Below, one piece after another: positions 1-8,836 of a stretch of DNA of 64,000 nt. The notes beneath the pieces were generated by a model. That model saw nothing but the letters and a program-made list of their open reading frames with translations, searched no databases and was not told the origin of the DNA. The stretch comes from Candidatus Poriferisodalis sp. (GTDB lineage: Bacteria > Actinomycetota > Acidimicrobiia > Acidimicrobiales > Poriferisodalaceae). The stretch's first letter is position 1, and every line of letters starts with the position of its first letter. Position numbers and translations under genes: made by a program. The stretch spans positions 2,006,219-2,070,218 of the forward strand of contig OZ244864.1 of the NCBI GenBank assembly GCA_965221195.1. The letters are read 5' to 3'.

Positions 1-174
1 GGATACTCTTCTCCCTTGTGGGGTTGTACGTGTCGGTCCGCCTCATCGTTGACGACAACTACAACGTGCTGAGCATCTGAGCTGCAGCACTTGCTGCGAT
101 CTGGCACGACAGGTCAGACCGGCGGGCTTGATGAACGGGTCAGATCAGTGAGTTCGATGAACAGGTCAGACCAG

Positions 175-1389
175 TCAATCCACTTTGATCAAGCGGATGC
201 CGTGAACGGCTTCCATCTTGTTGATTTCGTCGACCACTTTGTTTGAGGGTCGGCGCGACACCCAGATCGTGGCTACCGCCGCATGATGCTTAGGTCCGGC
301 CAGAATTTCGTTACGCATCTGCGCCACGTTGATGCCGCTGGCTCGCAGCGCCATGAGAATGCCAGCTAGCACACCCACTTGGTCGCGGTGGCGCACCACG
401 ATGATGCTGCGACCCGAGGGCCGTTCGGCTCTGTTCACGCAGTTGAGCACCTCGCCGTTGGCGAAGGCTTCGAGCACTTCCACGACACCTTCGGCGATGG
501 CTTCTGATGCTTGCACCGTGGAAGCGCCGATGTGATGAGTGCCGGTCACTCTGGGGTGAGACCCGAGCGGCGAACCCCACTGAGCGTCCGCTGTTGACGG
601 TTCGTCACAGAACACGTCAAGCCCTGCGCGCATGGAACGCTCGTTGAGGGCGTGCAGCAGCGCTGTTTCGTCTATGAGTTCGCCGCGTGAAGTGTTGAGC
701 AGGATTGCGCCGTCGGGCATCATCGACAAAAACTCGGCATCCACTAGGCCGCATGTCTGCGGTGTCGCCGGTAGGTGCAACGACACGATGTCGGCGTCGG
801 CCAGCAAGGTCTCCCAGTTGGGTGCTGTGTTGACACCCCATCGCTTCATAGCTGCCAGCAGATCCTCAGAGCGGTCACTTCGATGCAGCGCAACCACCTC
901 AATGCCGAACGCCGCCGCACGTTGCGCGACTTCAATGCCAATGGCTCCCATGCCCACAATCGCCATCCGGCGGCCTTTGAGCCCCGTAGCGCCCACATAG
1001 CGGGCCTTGTCCCAACGGCCCGCTCGAAGATCGGCCGATGCATCCACGATCTGACGGTCGATGGCCAACAGAAGCCCCATCGTCAGCTCGGCCACAGCAA
1101 CAGCGTTGCGGCCCGGCACATTGCATACGTACACGCCGAACTTGGAGGCGTTGTCGCAGTCGATTGTGTCGGTGCCCGCTCCGGCTCTTAGCACCATGGC
1201 AAGCTGGCCTGCGGCGGCGAATACCTTGCGCTTCACCTTGGTGCTACGCACCACCAGCACCTCAACGTCGTTCATGTGATTGGCGAGATCGTTGGCGCCC
1301 AGTTCGGGCTTCACGATGCAATCGTGACCAGCAGCGTTGAGTCGGTCCAAACGCTTTGCGTCGATCTTGTCGGCGAAGAGGATGCGCAT
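175..1389 (-). CDS. serA: D-3-phosphoglycerate dehydrogenase-type 2-hydroxyacid dehydrogenase with C-terminal ACT domain
   Basis: 404-aa ORF. It has a Rossmann motif (IVGMGAIGIEVAQRA), a catalytic His region (THHIGAST) and a C-terminal ACT-like segment (IIVVRHRDQVGVLAGILMALRASGINV). Confidence 0.8.
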   Translation of the reverse strand: MRILFADKIDAKRLDRLNAAGHDCIVKPELGANDLANHMNDVEVLVVRSTKVKRKVFAAAGQLAMVLRAGAGTDTIDCDNASKFGVYVCNVPGRNAVAVAELTMGLLLAIDRQIVDASADLRAGRWDKARYVGATGLKGRRMAIVGMGAIGIEVAQRAAAFGIEVVALHRSDRSEDLLAAMKRWGVNTAPNWETLLADADIVSLHLPATPQTCGLVDAEFLSMMPDGAILLNTSRGELIDETALLHALNERSMRAGLDVFCDEPSTADAQWGSPLGSHPRVTGTHHIGASTVQASEAIAEGVVEVLEAFANGEVLNCVNRAERPSGRSIIVVRHRDQVGVLAGILMALRASGINVAQMRNEILAGPKHHAAVATIWVSRRPSNKVVDEINKMEAVHGIRLIKVD

Positions 1390-1435
1390 CGTGCTCAGCG
1401 TCTGGTCACAGAAGGTTTGGTCACAGAAAGTTTGG

Positions 1436-2026
1436 TCACAGAAGTTCGCTCACGTCGAGAGCTAGGAGCACGACGAGCAAGACGATGATGCCGGCGTTCA
1501 AGGTGCTAATCGGCCATTTCCATCGGTGCCCGACACGCCAATGCCGTCTGATGCTGAGCGCGTTCGCCCATAGCGCAACCGCTGCGATGGGGATGCCCAC
1601 TGCTGGTCCGACACCCGGTGCTAGGCCGATGAGGGGTGCCGCGAAAGGCAGGATCACATAGGTCAGCGTGCAACGCACAGCCGAGATCAAGACAGAGAAC
1701 CGGAACGTCCGAGCCGATGCCTCTTCGAGTTCGGCAGCAGTGGGGGCAGCGGTTCCGCTCACGGTGACCCATTCTCGCAGCCGCCGCTCGCTGATGGGGG
1801 CACCGCCGCTGGTGTGTGTCAGCGGCTGGGTGGATGGGCCGCTGGTGTTTGCCAGCGGCTGTGCCTCTGGGCCGCTGGTATTTGCCATCGGCTGGGTAGA
1901 TGGGCCGCGCATCTGGGCCGCTGGGCTAAGGGGCGAGATGGGCTGTGGGGGGTTACTACGATCTCTGTTCAGCGCCGCTACCTCGGCGCGACTGTCGGCT
2001 GTGTCTGGGCGATGTCTGGACGACAT
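1436..2026 (-). CDS. membrane protein with N-terminal Pro/Thr/Ser-rich repeats and two C-terminal TM helices
   Basis: Repeats STQPMANTSGP / EAQPLANTSGP / STQPLTHTSG. The C-terminus has hydrophobic helices (YVILPFAAPLIGLAPGVGPAVGIPIAAVALWA, NAGIIVLLVVLLAL). Start codon uncertain. Confidence 0.45.
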   Translation of the reverse strand: MSSRHRPDTADSRAEVAALNRDRSNPPQPISPLSPAAQMRGPSTQPMANTSGPEAQPLANTSGPSTQPLTHTSGGAPISERRLREWVTVSGTAAPTAAELEEASARTFRFSVLISAVRCTLTYVILPFAAPLIGLAPGVGPAVGIPIAAVALWANALSIRRHWRVGHRWKWPISTLNAGIIVLLVVLLALDVSELL

Positions 2027-2099
2027 CTGGGCTATGTCTGTCGGCAGCGTTCATCGGCCCACTAAACATACCAGCCCCAAGCACACCAAGGGAGCAGCT

Positions 2100-3290
2100 A
2101 TGCCCGGCGCACTTGACGGAATACGGATTCTCGACCTGTCGACCTTGGTGCAAGGTCCCCAAGCTGGCGCAATGCTGCACGATCTAGGCGCCGAGGTTGT
2201 CAAGATTGAGCTGCCGCAGGTCGGCGATGTCGGACGTCACGTTGACGTGCTGGACGACTACGGCCATTCGGCTGTCTACATTGCGTGCAATCGAGGCAAG
2301 CGCTCAGTGACGCTCGATTTGCGGGTCCCGGCCGGACAGGAGGCGTTCCGCAAACTCGTTGAGACGGCCGATGTCGTGCTGTCGAACTTCAAGCCCGGCA
2401 CGCTCGCGCAGTGGGGTCTTGGTTATGAAGATCTTGCCGAAGTGAACCCTCGCATCATCTGGGCGGCGGGAAGTTTTCTCGGTCCCTACGGCCCCGATGC
2501 GGGCCGGGAGGGCGCAGACATCGCGGGACAGGCCTCCGGCGGCATCATCGCTTCGAGCGGTTTCGACGGCGGCCCGTTTTCGACGTACGGAGCGCTGGTC
2601 GCCGATCACTGCGGCGCGCAGAATCTTCAAACTGCCATCTTGGCTGCGCTGTTCGCCCGTGAGCGCACGGGCCGGGGCCAGCGCGTTGATGTGAGCCTGC
2701 TTGGCGGGCAGATCTGGCTGCAGGCATTTGAGTACACGCATCTGCTGATGACCGGTACCGAGGCTGGGCGCTCCAATGGGGGCCATCCGCTGGTGCATGC
2801 CCTCTACGGAGTGTTCCCGACCTCTGACGGCGCGATTGCCATGGCGGGATGCCCCGAGCATCTGTGGCCGGGCATGTGCCGGGCTGTTGAGCGCCCCGAC
2901 CTCTTGGACCATCCCACTTGGAACGCGTACTTCGTGCCGCGTGAGGTGGCGCTAGAGATGCAGGCCTACTTCCGGGAGATATTCCAGACCCGCAGCACCC
3001 AAGAGTGGTGCGAGCGGCTTGAAGCCGAGGAGCAGCGGTTCTGCAAGGTGGTTTCTCATTCGGAGGTGGTGGCCAGCGACCAGCCGTACGCCAACGGCTA
3101 CTTGGTGAGAGCCGAACACGAAGAATGGGGCCCCCAGACGTGGGTGGGCTGCCCGATCACGATGTCTGCGACACCCACCCGGGCGGGGACCATGGTGGCC
3201 GAGCTAGGCCAGCACACCGAAGAGGTGCTGCTTGAAGCCGGTGTCGAATGGGAACAGCTCGAAGTTTGGCGCGAGGCTGGCGCTTGGTAG
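2100..3290 (+). CDS. CoA-transferase family III (CaiB/BaiF type)
   Basis: In-frame ATG at 2100 preceded by AAGGGAG. MPGALDGIRILDLSTLVQGPQAGAMLHDLGAEVVKIE is the canonical family III N-terminus. The 144 upstream codons of the track ORF (from 1668) are repeat-derived and overlap the opposite-strand gene. Confidence 0.85.
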   Translation: MPGALDGIRILDLSTLVQGPQAGAMLHDLGAEVVKIELPQVGDVGRHVDVLDDYGHSAVYIACNRGKRSVTLDLRVPAGQEAFRKLVETADVVLSNFKPGTLAQWGLGYEDLAEVNPRIIWAAGSFLGPYGPDAGREGADIAGQASGGIIASSGFDGGPFSTYGALVADHCGAQNLQTAILAALFARERTGRGQRVDVSLLGGQIWLQAFEYTHLLMTGTEAGRSNGGHPLVHALYGVFPTSDGAIAMAGCPEHLWPGMCRAVERPDLLDHPTWNAYFVPREVALEMQAYFREIFQTRSTQEWCERLEAEEQRFCKVVSHSEVVASDQPYANGYLVRAEHEEWGPQTWVGCPITMSATPTRAGTMVAELGQHTEEVLLEAGVEWEQLEVWREAGAW

Positions 3291-3392
3291 TGGCCAGCGG
3301 CCCGGCAGTATCGGTTTGGCAGTAGTGGTTTGGCAGCGGCTCGGGTCGTTTAGTCTGAGACTCTGTTCAGTGTGGGATGCCGCTGACGCTGT

Positions 3393-4706
3393 TCAGTCGC
3401 TGAGTTCGCTTTCGGTGACGACTGGTCGGCCCGACAGCACCGTGTGACGCACCCGGCCGGTGAGTGTCTGGTTGGCCCACGGAGAGTTGAGGCTGCGCGA
3501 TTGCAGCGACTCAGCATGCACGGTCCAAGTCTCAGCTGGGTCGAAGACGGCGATGTTGGCCGACGAGCCTGCCGCTATCGGCTGCCCGTGGCCGTCAATA
3601 CCGGCAATGCGCGCTGGTGCTGTTGAGACCGCCTCCACAAATCGCGCTGGAGTCATCTGGCCGCTGTTCACCAGTTCGCTCCATACAACAGCGGCCATGG
3701 TTTCGACGCCGATCATGCCCGGCGCCGCTTCGGCCAAGCTGCGGTCTTTGAGGGAGGGATGGTGCGGGGCGTGATCGGTTGCGACGGCATCGAGTGAGCC
3801 GTCTGCGATGGCGCGCCGCAGCGCCGTCACGTCGCTGGCCAAGCGCAGCGGGGGGTTCATTTTGGCGGTCGTGCCGAGGCGCGCTATGTCGTTTTCGGTG
3901 AGCACTAAGTGCTGCGGGGTGACTTCTGCTGTTACTGCAACGCCGTCTTGCTTGGCTTGGGCGACGAGATGCATCGCCTCAGCGGTGGACAGATGCAGTA
4001 CGTGATAGCGGCCGCCGGTGCGTCGGGCGAGTTCGATGTCGCGTTTCACCACCGAGATTTCTGCTGCAGCTGGCCGTCCGCGCAGCCCCAAACGTTCCGA
4101 GGTTGCGCCTGCGTTGATGACACCACCCGCGACCAGTGTTGGGTCTTCGGCGTGCTGGCTGATGACCGAACCAGCCAGCGTGACGGTCGCGCCGAGCGCT
4201 GCTTCCATGAGCGCATCGTCGGCTACGCAGTCTCCGTCGTCGGTGAAGACGCGCACACCGGTGGCGTACAGCGCCGCAAGGTCAACAAGCCGCTGTCCTG
4301 CACGGTCTGCGGTGACGCACGCCGAGGTGCGGACATCGCATGGCATGTCGGTGGCTAGCGCCAGCACCTCAGCAACCATTGCGGGGGTGTCGATCGGCGG
4401 GTTTGTGTTGGGCATCATCAAGCAGGCCGTCACTCCCCCCATAGCGGCACCCGCGGCGCCTGAGGCGATGTCTTCGCTCTCGGTTCCTCCCGGGGTGCGA
4501 AAATGCACCTGAATGTCAACAAAGCCGGGCATGACCCAAGCGTTTGATGCGTCTAGGTGCCGCCGAGCGGCTGGTGCTTGGCCTGCGGGCACAACAGCGG
4601 TGATGATGCCGCCGTCGATAACCACATCAACTGGCTCGCCGTCACCGCTGGTATCAGCCAGTCGACCCGCTGAGATCACCAGTTCCGCCGCCATGCCGTC
4701 CACCAT
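3393..4706 (-). CDS. dihydroorotase-like amidohydrolase (first His of the HxH metal motif is Gln)
   Basis: 437 aa with PGFVDIQVHFRTPGG, MMPNTNPP and ATDHAPHH motifs of class I dihydroorotases. It is not next to other pyr genes. Confidence 0.8.
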   Translation of the reverse strand: MVDGMAAELVISAGRLADTSGDGEPVDVVIDGGIITAVVPAGQAPAARRHLDASNAWVMPGFVDIQVHFRTPGGTESEDIASGAAGAAMGGVTACLMMPNTNPPIDTPAMVAEVLALATDMPCDVRTSACVTADRAGQRLVDLAALYATGVRVFTDDGDCVADDALMEAALGATVTLAGSVISQHAEDPTLVAGGVINAGATSERLGLRGRPAAAEISVVKRDIELARRTGGRYHVLHLSTAEAMHLVAQAKQDGVAVTAEVTPQHLVLTENDIARLGTTAKMNPPLRLASDVTALRRAIADGSLDAVATDHAPHHPSLKDRSLAEAAPGMIGVETMAAVVWSELVNSGQMTPARFVEAVSTAPARIAGIDGHGQPIAAGSSANIAVFDPAETWTVHAESLQSRSLNSPWANQTLTGRVRHTVLSGRPVVTESELSD

Positions 4707-4846
4707 ATGAGCTAGAAAGCCTATGAGCTAGAAGGCATATGAGCTAGCACGCTGATGAGTTCGACACAGAAGTGCTCACACCGTTCGACATGTTGCGTAC
4801 CGAGAGTGCCCAATTTGTCCTCAAAGATCAGAGTAGCTAACTGACG

Positions 4847-4966
4847 ATGTCTACCCCAGTTGACCGCGCTGATGAGGCTGAGGATCGCCGCGAACTTGAG
4901 GCTGCCCGGGCTGAAGACGACTATGTGCCGTGGGAAGAGGCTAAGGCTGCACTCGGACTTGAGTGA
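4847..4966 (+). pseudogene. 39-codon fragment resembling the C-terminus of a type II antitoxin
   Basis: MSTPVDRADEAEDRRELEAARAEDDYVPWEEAKAALGLE. The ...VPWEE.KA.LGL tail is typical of RelB/Phd-class antitoxins, and it sits 25 nt upstream of a RelE/ParE remnant. Confidence 0.4.
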
Positions 4967-4991
4967 ACTAGCTCATCAGTGAGCCAGTGCA

Positions 4992-5102
4992 GTGAACCAG
5001 TACACGGTTGAGATCTCCCGCCGGGCAGTCAAGGCGCTCGCCCGACTCGTTATTCAAGTCGTCTGGGTAGGCCATCGCCGCGATGTCTACCGAAACCCTT
5101 GA
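4992..5102 (+). pseudogene. RelE/ParE-family toxin remnant with internal deletion
   Basis: VNQYTVEISRRAVKALARLVIQVVWVGHRRDVYRNP keeps the N-terminal (YTVEIS..A.K.L..L) and C-terminal (V.VGHRRDVYR) signatures. The roughly 50-aa core between them is missing. Confidence 0.5.
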
Positions 5103-5113
5103 TTCCATTGGTG

Positions 5114-6472
5114 CTAAGGGGTTTCGGTGAACGACTGCGGATGTGGAGGTTCTTCCGATGCACTTCCAGCGGCTACCTCTACCTCAGCGCGACGTTCTAG
5201 GCGCGGCGCCGTGGGTGTCACGGAGCGAAGGTTTTGAAGTACTTCGCCGTAGAAGGTTTCCACAGCGTCAAGAACTGAATCAATGAAACCGGCCTTGCGA
5301 GCCGAGCGACGGCCCTGCCCCATCTCTGAGCGGCGAACCACGCGGAACCGGACAGGTTCATTGCGGGATTCGTCGAGTCCAGCTCGAGAATCCTCGATTA
5401 GTTGGTGCAAGGCCGCCACCGTTGGTGTCTTAGAACGATGCGTGTAGGCCTCGACGATCAGATCTTCCTCTGTGTCGCGCAATTGGCGGGTCAACCAGCT
5501 AACGCGAGCACGGCCGCCCCGGTCGCGTGGCGCATCGAACGTTGCGCTAGTCGTAACGAGTCGAGCCTTGAGATCGGCGGTCACGTTGATGTCCGTGATT
5601 GTGTCTGGTACTCGGAGCGTGCCCGCAAGCGTGCCTTCGTCGCACAATGAGTCAACAAAGGTACGGTTTCGCAACCGCGCGTCGAGACGGTGTGCCCGAG
5701 GTATGACTTCTTGGACATCGTGACCGATTTTGCTGCCGAGTTTCAATGCAGCGAACCTGAGCAGTTGGTCCCATCGTTGGCAGATTTCGATCACAGCGCT
5801 GTCTCGTCGGTCGAGCGTTCCTTCGCGGGCGCCGTCGCGCACGTCCGTCCAGTTCGAGCCCATATCAGAGAATTCCAAGGCGCCTGACTTGGGGTGCTCG
5901 AGATATCGGATAAGCTCGTGGAGTATCCACGCTTGCTCGGGGTCGTCAACACCGCGATGCGCATGTTCCTTCACGGCTTCGGAAAGGATCATCGCCCATG
6001 ACAGGTGGTACACCTTGACCTTGGAATTGGACGGCACCCGTAGCTGGTCGGTCGGGTGAACATCGGGTGACGGTGCGATCTCATTAGAGATAGTGATGAC
6101 GCAGTCGTAGCCGCACTCACGGGCCAGTTTCACATACTCGCTGATTTGCTCGGCATCAAGCGCGGAGTTGCCTGTCTTGGCTTCGATGAGTGCTTCGAAT
6201 TTGCTCTTGCTGCCGAACGTGACTCGCACGAGACCGTCTGGACGCACGGTATGACCGTCGGCCATCTTGTGCGTGACTTCCGTGTAGACCTCTACTGACG
6301 CGCGCGCACTGTTCGTCGCTCCCAAGGGTGTGAGGAGCGCCTTTGAGAACGGGCGCACAATCGAGAGCACTGCCAACAGCGCAGAGACTGCTCTGGTCTC
6401 CGCCTCCTGAGGTCCTGTGCTGCCGGCTATTGGTATCAGTCGCGCCGTCTCTGCGTTGAACTCCACTGTCAC
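5114..6472 (-). CDS. hypothetical protein with N-terminal PD-(D/E)xK nuclease-like core
   Basis: 452 aa with E65...RPD79GLV...E97-A-K99 (VRPDGLVRVTFGSKSKFEALIEAKTG). The long C-terminal region has no motif I recognise. It lies in the defence island. Confidence 0.7.
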   Translation of the reverse strand: MTVEFNAETARLIPIAGSTGPQEAETRAVSALLAVLSIVRPFSKALLTPLGATNSARASVEVYTEVTHKMADGHTVRPDGLVRVTFGSKSKFEALIEAKTGNSALDAEQISEYVKLARECGYDCVITISNEIAPSPDVHPTDQLRVPSNSKVKVYHLSWAMILSEAVKEHAHRGVDDPEQAWILHELIRYLEHPKSGALEFSDMGSNWTDVRDGAREGTLDRRDSAVIEICQRWDQLLRFAALKLGSKIGHDVQEVIPRAHRLDARLRNRTFVDSLCDEGTLAGTLRVPDTITDINVTADLKARLVTTSATFDAPRDRGGRARVSWLTRQLRDTEEDLIVEAYTHRSKTPTVAALHQLIEDSRAGLDESRNEPVRFRVVRRSEMGQGRRSARKAGFIDSVLDAVETFYGEVLQNLRSVTPTAPRLERRAEVEVAAGSASEEPPHPQSFTETP

Positions 6473-6605
6473 TCCCGCTCAGATGCAAACATGGCGCACT
6501 GTAGTACCGACCGGCCATATTGACCCATCAATCGCAAATTCCAGTGGACTTGGTCCACCTTCAGCAGGGCGGAGAGAGTTTAGGCCCCAGAATCCGTTGC
6601 GACAG

Positions 6606-7037
6606 CTACGCGTCAATCGCTTGGTACTTGATACCCACGCCAGCCATTGCGGCCCGGATTCTCGGTCCGTCGTCGCCCGACCAAACGCACAAGGGAGCTC
6701 TTAGGTGTTCCGCGGCGGCTACAGCTTCAGCTCCGAGCGTGGACAGCCGGTAGGTCATGGCTAGCTCTGCCATGCGAAACGCCAGCAAACGCATAGGCAG
6801 GATGTAGCAGTCGTCGCCGAGCATTACGAGACGTCGAGCGAGCTCTCGTCTGGCTGCTGTCGGCCATGAGCCCGTCAACGCTCCGCCAGACGCTGAGACG
6901 AGACTCCGACTGAGACGCACCAGGTAGAGATTCGTGGTCGCCACTGAGTGTTCTGCTAACAGCCGATCAAGACTTGGCCTGATGTCGTCTGCAAGAAGGT
7001 CGCGTAACAAGTGGTCGTCTAGAACGACGTGGCTCAC
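6606..7037 (-). CDS. PIN-like toxin candidate (VapC-like, divergent)
   Basis: 143 aa with N-terminal VVLDDHLL. A 4-nt overlap joins it to an upstream AbrB-type antitoxin gene. Confidence 0.55.
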   Translation of the reverse strand: MSHVVLDDHLLRDLLADDIRPSLDRLLAEHSVATTNLYLVRLSRSLVSASGGALTGSWPTAARRELARRLVMLGDDCYILPMRLLAFRMAELAMTYRLSTLGAEAVAAAEHLRAPLCVWSGDDGPRIRAAMAGVGIKYQAIDA

Positions 7038-7273
7038 GTAGTTGCAAGTTCCGTGTCGTCGCCCAAAGACTCAACGAACGCAGCGTGGGCTTCGCGGCTC
7101 AAAATGTCGCCAAGAAACCGCCGCCCTTGTCCGACGGGCAAGGTGAGTACCCCGAAGCCCAGATCAACAACGTCAACTGGTCCTCCGTCGTCAAGTTCCC
7201 AACGGTGACGTGCAGCGGCCGGCAACGACATCTGCCCAGACGATGAGACCAAATACTCCCTCACTGCACTCAT
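7034..7273 (-). CDS. AbrB/MazE/SpoVT-type antitoxin
   Basis: The start at the ATG at 7273 gives 79 aa. GQMSLPAAARHRWELDDGGPVDVVDLGFGVLTLP is a swapped-hairpin AbrB-like motif. It overlaps the downstream PIN-like gene by 4 nt. Confidence 0.65.
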   Translation of the reverse strand: MSAVREYLVSSSGQMSLPAAARHRWELDDGGPVDVVDLGFGVLTLPVGQGRRFLGDILSREAHAAFVESLGDDTELATT

Positions 7274-7355
7274 GCGCACGACTCTACTTGGTAAGTGAGC
7301 CCAATCCACCAAGTTTTGATGTGTCTAGTTGCCGCTGAGCGGCGATACTGAGACA

Positions 7356-7670
7356 GTGAGTGCTCGAGTAGAGGTCAGGCCTGCGCTGTTGCGTTGGGCT
7401 CGTCGCAGGTCGGGTATCGGCGAGGAGGTGTGGTCCAAGCGCTTTCCGAATTTTGATGCTTGGGTTAGTGGCGAAGCGCAACCCACTGTGCGCCAGTTGC
7501 AGGATTTCGCCGCCAAGCTGCAAGTGAACGCCGCCAACGCTTTTGACAGCAGTTCGACAGTGACTTCGCCGCCAAGCCGCAGGCGAATCTCGTCATCGCG
7601 CATAGCGCGGATAGTACCTCAGGCATCAGGTGGCCAGCCGATCAAGGATGCGCTTGTGGCGCTCCATTGA
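7356..7670 (+). pseudogene. XRE-type HTH (ImmA/IrrE-partner-like) remnant, degenerate after about 55 codons
   Basis: VSARVEVRPALLRWARRRSGIGEEVWSKRFPNFDAWVSGEAQPTVRQLQDFAAKL matches the usual N-terminus of these regulators. The sequence then turns into low-complexity SSSTVTSPPSRRRISSS. Confidence 0.35.
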
Positions 7671-7811
7671 GACGGCAAGCCGGTGCTGGAAGTTTGAGCC
7701 TTCGCGAAAACGTGGGATTTGGGTTGCTGGGTTCGGTGGGGTCAGGTTAGTAGCAGGCCTCGGGCCTAGTAGTTGGCGTGGTTGGTGAAGCCGCGGACTT
7801 TGCGTCGGGTG

Positions 7812-7916
7812 CTAATGGTCATCTTGCATGCGGCGGACAAGCACTTCGGCTGGTTCGTGTGTCTTGTGCACCCCCTGAACGGCGCGACATGCGCTACCGG
7901 CTTCGGTAGATGACAT
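7812..7916 (-). other. 34-codon mini-ORF, copy A of a duplicated element
   Basis: MSSTEAGSACRAVQGVHKTHEPAEVLVRRMQDDH. It is a paralogue of copy B at 8732-8836, sharing the core KTHEPAEVLVRRM. Confidence 0.35.
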
Positions 7917-8105
7917 CTGAGGCTCGACCGTCATTTTGCCGCTCACCGGCAAACGAACTTCATCGTCGCTTGGTCGTAGATCGTGAAGTAGCGCTGTGAT
8001 GTGGACGACCCAGCAAGCACTTGTGCCATGGACCTGTCGTCAAGCGCAGCGATGAACTCGACGTGTGCGAATACCTGCTCTCCGAGATAGCCGTCGCTGT
8101 GTCAA

Positions 8106-8423
8106 TTACCTGCGGGCCGACAGGATTTGAGTGCCGTAGCAGGCTTGCGCGGCAGCGGCAGAGGTGCCGAGCAGTTCGCCGATGCGCTCCCATGAGGTGC
8201 CCTCGTCTCGCGCCCAGCAGACAGCTTCGACGATTTGGTTGTGGCTGACTTCGGTGGGGGCCTCTATGGTGCGTTCCGCGTTCACCACAAGGTTGAGCCA
8301 CGTCTCATGTCGAGGGCCGGGTAGGCGCCCTAGCCAGTCGATCGAGTGGAAGTACTCGCAGATCTCGTCTGCGTGCTCGCCGTTGTCGTCCTGCATCCAT
8401 GCGTCAAAGTCGGGCTTGGTCAT
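8106..8423 (-). CDS. antitoxin-like protein with C-terminal HTH
   Basis: 105 aa. The C-terminus (WARDEGTSWERIGELLGTSAAAAQ) looks like a small HTH. A 4-nt overlap joins it to the upstream 95-aa gene. Confidence 0.5.
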   Translation of the reverse strand: MTKPDFDAWMQDDNGEHADEICEYFHSIDWLGRLPGPRHETWLNLVVNAERTIEAPTEVSHNQIVEAVCWARDEGTSWERIGELLGTSAAAAQACYGTQILSARR

Positions 8424-8707
8424 GCTGGCCTCAAACTGCTCGGTCGTGCGGGCATAGCGTGCAGTATCAGGTAGGTGTTGGTGTCAGGGTCGTGTCGAAA
8501 CCCTACTTCCAGCAGACTGCCGTCGTGCTGTGCGCCGGTGCTCATGATGAATCCGTCGTCTTGGAAGTCAGTGGTCATCGCGTTTCGGTATGCGTGCAAG
8601 ATGTCCCCGTCGCTGATGCCGAGGCGAGAATGCGGATGCCGGGTGCGTGATTGACCATCGGCGGACGAACCGACGCAGTCGGATTCAAAGATTCCAATAC
8701 TTTTCAT
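8420..8707 (-). CDS. small toxin-like protein (family not identified)
   Basis: 95 aa with HPHSRLGISDGDILHAYRNA ... GSLLEVGF ... YLILHAMPAR. The pattern and two-gene overlap architecture fit a type II TA module. Confidence 0.5.
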   Translation of the reverse strand: MKSIGIFESDCVGSSADGQSRTRHPHSRLGISDGDILHAYRNAMTTDFQDDGFIMSTGAQHDGSLLEVGFRHDPDTNTYLILHAMPARPSSLRPA

Positions 8708-8731
8708 GGTATTTCGTTGGCGCGTCGTGGG

Positions 8732-8836
8732 CTATTGGCTGTCGCGCATGCGTCGGACAAGCACTTCGGCGGGTTCATGCGTCTTGAGTACTCCGCGGGC
8801 GGAGCGATATGCGCTGAGGCACCGCGTTGTCGCCAC
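8732..8836 (-). other. 34-codon mini-ORF, copy B, 24 nt upstream of the toxin-like gene
   Basis: GTG-initiated VATTRCLSAYRSARGVLKTHEPAEVLVRRMRDSQ. It has the same length as copy A and matches it in sequence. Confidence 0.35.

Noticed and set aside
1668-2099. 144-codon N-terminal extension of the CoA-transferase ORF
   Set aside because: It overlaps the opposite-strand membrane-protein gene and is repeat-derived. A canonical family N-terminus with an RBS starts at 2100.
7325-7603. 92-aa minus-strand ORF (MRDDEIRLRLGGEVTVELL...)
   Set aside because: It is antisense to the XRE-like remnant, only the first 25 aa or so look protein-like, and there is no RBS or partner context.
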